From positions 238,912 through 302,911 of the forward strand of contig JANQPO010000014.1 in assembly GCA_028289445.1 (NCBI GenBank): DNA of 64,000 bases. The letters run 5' to 3'. Each line of letters opens with the position of its first letter. The stretch's first letter is position 1. Under the pieces are notes generated by a model. That model ran no database searches, was not told where the DNA came from, and saw nothing but the letters and a program-made list of their open reading frames with translations. Positions 21,178-32,498 of this stretch are shown here, piece by piece. A program made the translations under genes and the position numbers. Source of the stretch: Tepidamorphaceae bacterium. Lineage in GTDB: Bacteria > Pseudomonadota > Alphaproteobacteria > Rhizobiales > JAKSCL01.

Positions 21178-21972
21178 ATGACAGGGTCACTCCGCAAGCC
21201 GCTGGTGGCGGGCAATTGGAAAATGAATGGCACCAGCGCGAGCCTCGACGAGGCGCGAAAGATCGCCGAGGGCGCTCAGGATTTCGCGGATGTGGTCGAT
21301 GTTATGGTTTGCCCTCCGGCGACCTTGATCGCGCGCCTGGACTTGCGGTGTGCCGGCACCGATCTCCTGCTCGGCGGTCAGGATTGCCATGCCGAGCCGG
21401 CCGGCGCTCACACTGGCGATGTCTCCGCCGACATGCTGGTCGACGCCGGCGCCAGCGCGGTCATTCTCGGACATTCGGAGCGCCGTATCGATCACAAGGA
21501 GTCGAGCCAATCCGTCGCCGATAAGGTCGCGGCCGCGCATCGCGTTGGCCTGACCGCAATAGTGTGTGTTGGGGAAACGGAAATCGAACGCAAGTCCGGC
21601 CAAGCCAACAATGTAGTTGGCGAACAGGTGCGGCTCTCGCTACCGTCGACGACGACCGGTCAGAATGTTGTGATCGCCTATGAGCCGGTCTGGGCAATCG
21701 GCACCGGCATGACACCGACGACCACTGACATCTCTGAGATGCACGGCGTCATTCGGGCGATGCTGGCCGACCGGTTCGGCGAGGCGGCGGCCGCGGCCAT
21801 GCGCATCCTTTATGGCGGATCGGTCAAACCCGCGAATGCGGCGCAACTGCTGCGGATCGATAATGTCGATGGCGCGCTCGTTGGCGGCGCAAGCCTAAAG
21901 GCCCAAGACTTCCTGGCCATTCTGGGTATTTACGGCACGCGGAGCGTCGAGACGGTCAGCGTCGGCGCCTGA
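21178..21972 (+). CDS. tpiA: Triose-phosphate isomerase
   Basis: PLVAGNWKMNG, ILGHSERR, AYEPVWAIGTG and GGASL motifs. Confidence 0.94.
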   Translation: MTGSLRKPLVAGNWKMNGTSASLDEARKIAEGAQDFADVVDVMVCPPATLIARLDLRCAGTDLLLGGQDCHAEPAGAHTGDVSADMLVDAGASAVILGHSERRIDHKESSQSVADKVAAAHRVGLTAIVCVGETEIERKSGQANNVVGEQVRLSLPSTTTGQNVVIAYEPVWAIGTGMTPTTTDISEMHGVIRAMLADRFGEAAAAAMRILYGGSVKPANAAQLLRIDNVDGALVGGASLKAQDFLAILGIYGTRSVETVSVGA

Positions 21973-22126
21973 ACGTCGGGGTCTGGCGTTCTCCGCCGGT
22001 CCATGATAGAGGGACCGCGATTTTCAGCCGCAGCAAAGCACAGGTTGACCCCAGACTAAAAAGTCCCATGTCAGGGCGCGTGCGGCTAAGCAGTGTCGCT
22101 ACAGATTTAAGACCGGACCGAGAGTC

Positions 22127-22522
22127 ATGCAGTCGATTCTGATTGTCATTCATTTGCTTGTCGTCGTCGCGATGGTCGGCGTCGTGCTGTTGCAGCGCTC
22201 CGAGGGCGGTGCGCTTGGCATCGGCGGCGGTGGAGGCGGTGGCGGAGGCGCCGGCTTCATGACCGGCCGCGGTGCCGCGAATGCCTTGACGCGGGCGACG
22301 GCCTTTTTGGCGGTCGCGTTTTTCGCCACATCGATCATGTTGACGATCTTGAGCCGCGGCGTGGGCTCCGGCTCCTCGATCATCGACGATGCAGCCGGAA
22401 CGGCTGTTCCGACGGCGCCGCAGTCCACCGACGGCGGCCTTGGCGGCGACGGCCAAGGCATTTTGAACCAGCTTGAGCAACTGCAGGACCAGTCCGGTCC
22501 ACAGGTTCCGCAGTCGCAGTAG
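22127..22522 (+). CDS. secG: Preprotein translocase subunit SecG
   Basis: MQSILIVIHLLVVVAMVGVVLLQRSEGG N-terminus, a glycine run and a second TM segment. Lies downstream of tpiA. Confidence 0.88.
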   Translation: MQSILIVIHLLVVVAMVGVVLLQRSEGGALGIGGGGGGGGGAGFMTGRGAANALTRATAFLAVAFFATSIMLTILSRGVGSGSSIIDDAAGTAVPTAPQSTDGGLGGDGQGILNQLEQLQDQSGPQVPQSQ

Positions 22523-22550
22523 CGTCAAGAAGCAGACGCTGAGCATCTCC

Positions 22551-22581
22551 AACCGGCGGTGATCCACCGCCGGTTTTTGTT
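22551..22581 (+). terminator. Rho-independent terminator after secG
   Basis: AACCGGCGGTG-atc-CACCGCCGGTT stem-loop followed by TTTTTGTT. Confidence 0.75.
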
Positions 22582-22630
22582 GTGAAGATCATCGGCAAAG
22601 ACCTTCGCCGATCGATCAAATAAGATATGA

Positions 22631-24268
<1,638 letters not shown>

Positions 24269-24374
24269 CGCACGCTGGCGGCCGGGGCGTTCTCAAGGTT
24301 GACAGATCGCCGCGCTTTAGGGTCATGACCCTAGGATCTCCATCCCGACAACGCGTGCGTGAGGATTAAGACAG

Positions 24375-25208
24375 ATGACCCCAAATACCGAGGTGACCGC
24401 CGGCCAGGCCGTGTTTTCGAACGCGCGCCGCCTGTCCGTCATCGCCGGTCCCTGCCAGCTTGAAAGCCGGGAGCACGGCTTGATGATGGCGCGTGCGCTG
24501 AAGGAGATCGCGGATCGCCTCGATATAGGCTTCGTCTTCAAGACGTCCTACGACAAGGCCAACCGGACGAGCGCCGTGGCTGAACGCGGCATGGGGCTGG
24601 AAAGCTCACTTGCCGTCTTCCGCGAGATTCGCTCGGAGACCGGCCTGCCGATCCTCACCGACGTGCACGATCCCGCTCAGTGCGGCCCGGCCGCCGAGGC
24701 GGCCGATATCCTGCAGATTCCGGCCTTCCTGTCGCGGCAAACCGATCTTTTGGTTGCGGCTGCTGAAACAGGAAAAATCGTCAACGTCAAAAAAGGCCAA
24801 TTCCTTGCGCCGTGGGACATGACCAATGCCGTCGCCAAGATCACTGGGGCGGGCAACCCGAACGTGCTCTTGACGGAGCGCGGCGCAAGCTTTGGCTATA
24901 ACACGCTCGTCTCGGACATGCGCGCGCTGCCGATCATGGCTGAGACCGGCTGCCCGGTGATCTTCGATGCCACCCATTCAGTGCAGCAGCCGGGCGGTCA
25001 GGGGACTTCGACGGGCGGCCAGCGCGAATTCGTTCCGGTGCTGTCGCGCGCGGCGGTGGCCGTCGGCGTTGCTGGCGTCTTCATCGAGACCCATGACGAT
25101 CCCGACAACGCCCCGTCCGACGGGCCGAATATGGTCCCGCTGTCACAGTTTGAAGACCTGTTGAGATCGCTTTTGGCGATCGACGCTGTAGTAAAAGGCG
25201 GCGCCTAG
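24375..25208 (+). CDS. kdsA: 3-deoxy-8-phosphooctulonate synthase
   Basis: VIAGPCQLES, FKTSYDKANR and FDATHSVQQPGG motifs. Confidence 0.94.
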   Translation: MTPNTEVTAGQAVFSNARRLSVIAGPCQLESREHGLMMARALKEIADRLDIGFVFKTSYDKANRTSAVAERGMGLESSLAVFREIRSETGLPILTDVHDPAQCGPAAEAADILQIPAFLSRQTDLLVAAAETGKIVNVKKGQFLAPWDMTNAVAKITGAGNPNVLLTERGASFGYNTLVSDMRALPIMAETGCPVIFDATHSVQQPGGQGTSTGGQREFVPVLSRAAVAVGVAGVFIETHDDPDNAPSDGPNMVPLSQFEDLLRSLLAIDAVVKGGA

Positions 25209-26188
25209 GGCGCCAGGAGCCGGTCGCTCTCCTTGTCATAGCGCCAAACCGATCCTGACTTGAGGTGCGTGCCCGCCCACCAACGGTCGATCGGGTTGCG
25301 GGACAGGAAGTCGGCACTGTCTGCATAGACGGCCCGACCGAAATCCGTGAGGCCGACTCTTGCGTTGAGATAGGCATTGCGCTGCGCACTGCCGACGTTG
25401 ATGGCGTCTCGTGATGGTTCAGGCAGCCCCTCGACCAGTGATGCCGGGCAGAAGGACACGGCATCGAGTTCGGCGAAAAAGCCGAGATCGCCAAAGAAGG
25501 CGGCGTCTTCTCGTGCCTGGGCGATACCGAAGAGGTGTTTGGGCACCGATTCGCCTTCGGCGATGAGTTTGAGGACAGTGCGCTGCGTTCGCGTGATGCC
25601 ATCCAATCCGGGGAGCTCTTCCAGGAACCTGCCAAATGCCGCCTGCATATGCGGGAATCCGTCGACCGGCGTCTTCGCGGTCTCGTAAATTCCGGTTGGA
25701 TCGCATTGACATAGAATACGCCAGAGCGCCGTTGCCGCCCGAAAGGTCGTATCGGCCACCGGCACTTGCAGGTCCGCGAAACGACCGACCGTCTCCGGCG
25801 TTTGCTTGCCCAAGTAATCGTCAGACTGAACGAGGAAGATACCGTCGGTTCGTCCGTGCAAACGGGACAAGCTGTCGAGGATCTGGACCAGCTGCAGTTG
25901 ATCGTAGAGGTCGTGCTCCAGCCAGATTTCGATGCGCTCAAAGGCACGATTGTCGGCAAGAAGACGCTCGCGCGCCTCGAAGTCGGCCCGCACGCCGTCG
26001 CGCTCGACGCCGAATGCCTCAAAGAAATCGAGACGCGGCACGTAGAACGCCGCGGCGTCGTCCGAATAGGTCAGCGGTCCGCTATGCAGCATATCGCGCC
26101 AAGGCAGATAGGTGTCGGCCGTCACGTCCGGTGCCACCTGGAGGAGGTCGGCGGCGGAATCGCCATTGGTGATGATGAGAGTCGGCAT
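25205..26188 (-). CDS. DUF1835-like protein of unknown function
   Basis: 327 aa. The N-terminus (LIITNGDSAADLL ... WRDMLHSGPL) resembles the DUF1835 family as I remember it. Its stop overlaps the kdsA stop in the palindrome CTAG. Confidence 0.6.
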   Translation of the reverse strand: MPTLIITNGDSAADLLQVAPDVTADTYLPWRDMLHSGPLTYSDDAAAFYVPRLDFFEAFGVERDGVRADFEARERLLADNRAFERIEIWLEHDLYDQLQLVQILDSLSRLHGRTDGIFLVQSDDYLGKQTPETVGRFADLQVPVADTTFRAATALWRILCQCDPTGIYETAKTPVDGFPHMQAAFGRFLEELPGLDGITRTQRTVLKLIAEGESVPKHLFGIAQAREDAAFFGDLGFFAELDAVSFCPASLVEGLPEPSRDAINVGSAQRNAYLNARVGLTDFGRAVYADSADFLSRNPIDRWWAGTHLKSGSVWRYDKESDRLLAP

Positions 26189-26264
26189 CTCTGTCTCCGT
26201 TCAGGCACGCGATGCCCCAGCCGATGTTCTGCATAATCGAGCCGACGGCTTTTCTCTAGCCTAG

Positions 26265-27596
<1,332 letters not shown>

Positions 27597-27628
27597 ATCG
27601 GAGGGAGGCTACGTCCATTTGTCTCTCG

Positions 27629-27769
27629 CGTCATCCCGGATGCGCTGCAGCATGCGAAGTGCTGCTGCGCTGATCCGGGATCGTTCGATGTTTGGCGCCT
27701 GCGCCGTCGATAATGCGATCCCGGTTCTGCGGTGCACCACCAGGGCGCTGCGCCGCGCCCGGGATGACG
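27629..27769. repeat. Nested palindromic REP/MITE-like intergenic element
   Basis: The outer 11-bp arms CGTCATCCCGG (27629-39) and CCGGGATGACG (27759-69) are exact reverse complements. The inner imperfect ~20-bp hairpin is 27632-52 / 27660-81. ATCCCGG/CCGGGAT motifs recur within it. Confidence 0.6.
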
Positions 27770-27887
27770 AAAGAGGAATGATTCAAGTCGAGTTCATTCC
27801 GCTCTGACTGCCGTTAACGCTGTTGCCTAACCGGCCATTAACCGAGCGTCGTCTATGTGACTGAGTGTTCGGGGAAGGGAGTGTTGC

Positions 27888-28214
27888 GTGCCGCGTCCAC
27901 TCAAGCGCACAGTCAAATCGCGCCTGCGTGGCCTGATCGTTCCAGCGTGTTCGATCGCGATCACCTTTTACTTCGCCTATCACGTTTTCTACGGCAATCA
28001 CGGTATTCTCGCCTGGCAGAGCCTTGAGACACAGGCGGCTGATCTTGACCGCGATCTCAATCGCGTCAAACGGGAACGCCTCGCCCTGGAGAAGAAGGTT
28101 CAGCTTCTAAGACCCGAAAGCATCGACCCCGATCTGCTCGATGAGCGCGTCCGCGCGACCCTGAATTTCGCTCACGCAAACGACGTTATTCTGTTTCCCG
28201 CCGAGCCACGCTGA
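27888..28214 (+). CDS. ftsB: Septum formation initiator FtsB/DivIC family protein
   Basis: 108 aa with a single TM followed by a coiled coil (LDRDLNRVKRERLALEKKVQLL). Conserved eno-ftsB-pdhA position. GTG start. Confidence 0.8.
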   Translation: MPRPLKRTVKSRLRGLIVPACSIAITFYFAYHVFYGNHGILAWQSLETQAADLDRDLNRVKRERLALEKKVQLLRPESIDPDLLDERVRATLNFAHANDVILFPAEPR

Positions 28215-28342
28215 GCGTGCGTCACCGCATTGGCATTCTTCACGATCTCTAAAAATACCTAAGCCCAATTCATGGGTTTGCTCTTTGGCGGATTCATACG
28301 ATAGAACGGACCAAACATGTTCAAGTCGTATCGGGAGGTTCA

Positions 28343-29404
28343 ATGGCCGCCACATCGAAAAAGGCGCCGGCGCGCAAGGCCTCAGCCTCAGCAGCCAGCA
28401 AGAAATCGCCAGCGCGCAGATCGCCTTCAAGAGCGGCGAAATCGACCTTCACCGTTGAACAGGACAAGACAGCCTATCGCGACATGCTCTTGATCCGGCG
28501 CTTCGAAGAGCGCGCCGGTCAGCTTTACGGCATGGGCCTGATCGGCGGCTTCTGCCATCTCTATATCGGCCAGGAGGCGGTCGTCACCGGCATGCAGATG
28601 GCGCTGATTGAGGGCGACCAGGTGATCACCGGCTATCGTGACCACGGTCATATGCTGGCCTGCGGCATGGATCCCAAGGGGGTCATGGCAGAGTTGACCG
28701 GCCGACGCGGCGGCTATTCGCGCGGCAAGGGCGGCTCCATGCACATGTTCTCCGTTGAGAAGAATTTCTACGGTGGCCACGGCATCGTCGGCGGCCAGGT
28801 GTCGCTCGGCACCGGTCTCGGCTTCGCCAACCGCTATCGCGACAACGGCAATGTCTCGATCACCTATTTCGGTGACGGCGCCTCAAACCAGGGCCAGGTC
28901 TATGAGAGCTTCAATATGGCCAAGCTCTGGGACCTGCCGGTGGTCTATGTGATTGAGAACAACAAATACGGCATGGGAACGAGCATCGAGCGCTCGTCCT
29001 CGACCACCGACCTGTCGCAACGCGGCGCCTCGTTCGACATTCCGGGCGAACAGGTCGACGGCATGGACGTGCGCGCCGTCAAGGCGGCGTCGGACAAGGC
29101 CGTTGCCCATGCCCGCGCCGGCAAGGGTCCGTATATCCTAGAAATGATCACCTACCGCTATCGCGGCCACTCCATGTCGGACCCGGCCAAGTATCGCTCT
29201 AAGGAAGAGGTGCAAAAGGTGCGCACCGAGCACGACCCCATCGAGCAGGTCAAAGAGCGGCTGTTGAAGGGCAAGCACATCGACGAGGATGGCCTGAAGG
29301 CGATCGACAAGGAAATCCGGGCGATCGTGACCGAAGCTGCCGAATTCGCCCAGAACGATCCCGAACCCGATCCGTCCGAGCTTTGGACGGATATCGTGCG
29401 TTGA
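28343..29404 (+). CDS. pdhA: Pyruvate dehydrogenase E1 alpha subunit
   Basis: GFCHLYIGQEA, YRDHG and YRYRGHSMSDP motifs. Has a basic low-complexity N-terminal tail. Confidence 0.93.
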   Translation: MAATSKKAPARKASASAASKKSPARRSPSRAAKSTFTVEQDKTAYRDMLLIRRFEERAGQLYGMGLIGGFCHLYIGQEAVVTGMQMALIEGDQVITGYRDHGHMLACGMDPKGVMAELTGRRGGYSRGKGGSMHMFSVEKNFYGGHGIVGGQVSLGTGLGFANRYRDNGNVSITYFGDGASNQGQVYESFNMAKLWDLPVVYVIENNKYGMGTSIERSSSTTDLSQRGASFDIPGEQVDGMDVRAVKAASDKAVAHARAGKGPYILEMITYRYRGHSMSDPAKYRSKEEVQKVRTEHDPIEQVKERLLKGKHIDEDGLKAIDKEIRAIVTEAAEFAQNDPEPDPSELWTDIVR

Positions 29405-29427
29405 CGGTGCCAGGGAGAGATTGACCG

Positions 29428-30813
29428 ATGCCCATTGAAATTCTCATGCCCGCACTGTCGCCGACGATGGAAGAGGGGACGCTCGCCAAGTGGCTCGTCA
29501 AGGAGGGCGACGAGGTCACCTCCGGCGACGTGATCGCCGAGATCGAGACCGACAAGGCGACGATGGAGGTGGAAGCCGTCGACGAAGGCAAGGTCGGCAA
29601 GATCCTTGTCGGAGACGGTACGGAAGGCGTGGCGGTGAACACGCCCATCGCTCTGTTGTTGACCGATGGCGAGGATGCCGCTGCGATGGATGGGGCCGGT
29701 GCGGCGCCTGCCGCTGCTCCCGCACCCGCGCCGGCAGCCCCCGAGCCTGCTCCAGCCGCTGCGCCGGCATCCGTTGCGGCCGCGCCCGTCGCCGAAGTGG
29801 CCTCCGATCCCGACATCCCGGCGGGCACCGAGATGGCCTCGATGACCGTGCGCGAAGCCTTGCGCGATGCCATGGCCGAGGAAATGCGCCGCGATGGCGA
29901 CGTTTTCGTCATGGGCGAGGAAGTCGCCGAGTATCAGGGCGCCTATAAGATCACGCAGGGCCTGCTACAGGAGTTCGGCGACCGGCGGGTGATCGATACG
30001 CCGATCACCGAGCATGGGTTCGCCGGTCTTGGCGTGGGCGCAGCACTCACCGGTCTGAAGCCGATCGTCGAGTTCATGACGTTCAACTTTGCCATGCAAG
30101 GCATTGACCACATTATCAATTCTGCGGCGAAGACCCTTTATATGTCGGGTGGTCAGCTTGGCTGTTCCATCGTCTTTCGCGGACCGAACGGCGCGGCGGC
30201 GCGAGTCGCGGCGCAGCACAGTCAGGACTATGCGTCCTGGTATGCCCATGTGCCGGGCCTCAGAGTGATCCAGCCTTATTCGGCGGCCGACGCGAAAGGC
30301 CTCTTGAAAGCGGCCATCCGCGATCCGAATCCGGTGATCTTCCTGGAAAACGAAATTCTCTACGGTCACGCGTTCGACGTGCCGCAGATCGACGATTTCG
30401 TTTTGCCGATCGGCAAGGCGCGGGTCCATCGGACCGGGACCGACGTCACATTGGTCTCCTGGGGGATCGGGATGACCTATGCCGACAAGGCGGCCGACGA
30501 ATTGGCCGGCGAGGGGATCAGCGCCGAGGTAATCGACCTGCGCACGCTCAGGCCGTTTGATGTCGCCTCCGTCGTCGCCTCGGTGCAGAAGACCGGGCGT
30601 TGCGTGGTCGTCGAGGAAGCTTGGCCGCAATGCTCCATGTCGTCGGAGGTCTCCGCGCGGCTGATGGAAGAGGCGTTCGACTATCTCGACGCGCCCGTCG
30701 CCCGCGTCACCGGCAAGGACGTGCCGATGCCCTATGCCGCCAATCTGGAGAAGCTGGCGCTGCCGTCCGTCGCCGAGGTTATCCAGGCGGCCAAGGCGGT
30801 GCTCTACGTGTGA
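29428..30813 (+). CDS. pdhB: Pyruvate dehydrogenase E1 beta subunit with N-terminal lipoyl domain
   Basis: N-terminal lipoyl domain ([13 protein letters not shown]), Ala/Pro linker, then a transketolase-like E1 beta body. Confidence 0.93.
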   Translation: MPIEILMPALSPTMEEGTLAKWLVKEGDEVTSGDVIAEIETDKATMEVEAVDEGKVGKILVGDGTEGVAVNTPIALLLTDGEDAAAMDGAGAAPAAAPAPAPAAPEPAPAAAPASVAAAPVAEVASDPDIPAGTEMASMTVREALRDAMAEEMRRDGDVFVMGEEVAEYQGAYKITQGLLQEFGDRRVIDTPITEHGFAGLGVGAALTGLKPIVEFMTFNFAMQGIDHIINSAAKTLYMSGGQLGCSIVFRGPNGAAARVAAQHSQDYASWYAHVPGLRVIQPYSAADAKGLLKAAIRDPNPVIFLENEILYGHAFDVPQIDDFVLPIGKARVHRTGTDVTLVSWGIGMTYADKAADELAGEGISAEVIDLRTLRPFDVASVVASVQKTGRCVVVEEAWPQCSMSSEVSARLMEEAFDYLDAPVARVTGKDVPMPYAANLEKLALPSVAEVIQAAKAVLYV

Positions 30814-31106
30814 TGGAACCGGCGATGGAGTGGCGACCGGGCTACATGTGGAAGGACTTTGGTTTCGCGACCCTTCGGCGGCCGCTGAAGGTTGGCGACG
30901 GCCTGGTTCGGATAAAGCTGAAATACGAAACCTTGCGCCAATTCAACGCGATAGACCCGGGTGCCACCATCGATCACAAGCTCGAACTTGAAAAAATTGA
31001 CCCTTTCGTCATCGCCGCCGCGAAAACGCGGTTGAGCGGCATGACAAAAGCGACCTTGCCTGACTTTTTGACGATCACACTCGATGATCTTGAGCGGGAG
31101 AAGTAG
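30813..31106 (+). CDS. Hypothetical 97-aa protein inserted between pdhB and pdhC
   Basis: The ATG shares its A with the pdhB TGA (TGATG), and the stop lies 3 nt before the pdhC ATG. The reading frame fills the whole gap. Codon usage is visibly AT-richer than the flanking genes. I recognise no family. Confidence 0.6.
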   Translation: MEPAMEWRPGYMWKDFGFATLRRPLKVGDGLVRIKLKYETLRQFNAIDPGATIDHKLELEKIDPFVIAAAKTRLSGMTKATLPDFLTITLDDLEREK

Positions 31107-31109
31107 GAT

Positions 31110-32435
31110 ATGCCGATCAACATCTTAATGCCCGCTCTTTCGCCGACAATGGAAGAAGGCACGCTGGCGAAATGGCTGGTCAAGGAAGGCGATTCCGTGT
31201 CGTCCGGCGATGTGATCGCCGAGATCGAGACCGATAAGGCGACGATGGAGGTCGAGTCGATTGACGAGGGTACGGTCGGCAAGATCCTGATCGCCGACGG
31301 CACCGAAGGCGTCAAGGTCAACGAATTGATCGCCGTGCTCTTGGAAGAGGGCGAGGACACCAGTGCCATCGACACGGCATCGGCACCGGCAGCACCAGCG
31401 CCTGCTCCGGCGCAAGAGGCCGCCGCACCGGCGCCCGAAGCACCCGCCGCTGCACCGACGCCCGCGCCGGCAGCACCCGCTCCGGCAACGAATGGCGCCG
31501 GCGGACCGCGCATCTTCGCGTCGCCGCTCGCCAAGCGTCTGGCCAGAGAGAACGGCCTCGATCTCTCGGCAATCGCTGGCTCCGGTCCCCATGGGCGGAT
31601 CGTCAAGCGCGACATTGAAGCGGCCGTGGCCGGTGGCACCGGTCGTGCCGCGCCGGCAGCCGCTCCCGCCGACGCGAAAGCCCCGGCACCGCAACCGATG
31701 TCCGACGACGCGGTCTTGAAGCTCTTCGAGGAAGGAACCTACGAGATCGAGCCGCACGACAATATGCGGAAAACCATCGCCAAGCGCCTGACCGAGGCGA
31801 AATCGACCGTCCCGCATTTCTATCTGTCGATCGACTGCGAGCTTGATGCGCTGTTGGCCTTGCGAGGCCAGCTCAACGCGGCGGCACCGGAGGTCGACGG
31901 CAAGCCGGCCTACAAAATCTCCGTCAACGACATGGTGATCAAGGCCCACGCCCTGGCGCTTCAGGCCGTGCCCGATGCCAATGCGTCGTGGACCGATAGC
32001 GGCATGTTGAAGCACAAGCATTCCGATGTCGGCGTCGCGGTTGCCATTCCGGGCGGCCTGATCACGCCGATCATCCGCAAGGCGGAGCAAAAGGGCCTGT
32101 CGACCATCTCCAACGAGATGAAGGACTTCGCGGCGCGGGCGCGCGACCGCAAACTTCAGCCGCAGGAGTATCAGGGCGGCACGACGGCCGTCTCCAATCT
32201 CGGCATGTTCGGCATCAAGGACTTTTCCGCCGTCATCAACCCGCCCCACGCGACGATCATGGCGGTCGGCGCCGGCCAGCAGCGCCCGGTGATCAAGGAC
32301 GGTGCGGTGGCGACCGCAACCGTGATGACCGTGACGCTCTCGACCGACCACCGCGCGGTTGATGGGGCGCTCGGGGCGGAACTGCTCGCGGCGTTCAAGA
32401 AGCTGATCGAAAACCCGATGGGGATGCTGGTTTAA
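31110..32435 (+). CDS. pdhC: Dihydrolipoamide acetyltransferase (pyruvate dehydrogenase E2)
   Basis: Lipoyl domain, Ala/Pro linker, E3-binding domain ([18 protein letters not shown]) and catalytic domain (DHRAVDGA). Confidence 0.94.
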   Translation: MPINILMPALSPTMEEGTLAKWLVKEGDSVSSGDVIAEIETDKATMEVESIDEGTVGKILIADGTEGVKVNELIAVLLEEGEDTSAIDTASAPAAPAPAPAQEAAAPAPEAPAAAPTPAPAAPAPATNGAGGPRIFASPLAKRLARENGLDLSAIAGSGPHGRIVKRDIEAAVAGGTGRAAPAAAPADAKAPAPQPMSDDAVLKLFEEGTYEIEPHDNMRKTIAKRLTEAKSTVPHFYLSIDCELDALLALRGQLNAAAPEVDGKPAYKISVNDMVIKAHALALQAVPDANASWTDSGMLKHKHSDVGVAVAIPGGLITPIIRKAEQKGLSTISNEMKDFAARARDRKLQPQEYQGGTTAVSNLGMFGIKDFSAVINPPHATIMAVGAGQQRPVIKDGAVATATVMTVTLSTDHRAVDGALGAELLAAFKKLIENPMGMLV

Positions 32436-32498
32436 GGCAGCCCGGCATTCGACTCTTAGTATCGGCGACGCCAACACTGGCCGTCGCAGGAGGACACC

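Noticed and set aside
22223-22252. GGC/GGT/GGA-rich tract that looks like a microsatellite.
   Set aside because: It encodes the in-frame glycine run (GIGGGGGGGGGAG) of the SecG loop. The codons are mixed rather than a pure tandem repeat, so a slippage-prone repeat is unlikely.
27619-27807. 62-aa ORF in the eno-ftsB spacer.
   Set aside because: It is entirely composed of the nested palindromic repeat, has no Shine-Dalgarno sequence, and its peptide composition (Arg/Ala/Cys) is typical of translated REP-like elements.
29690-29790. Low-complexity GC-rich tracts in pdhB. A similar tract occurs in pdhC at about 31375..31500.
   Set aside because: They encode the Ala/Pro-rich flexible linkers normal for lipoyl-domain proteins, not an independent repeat element.
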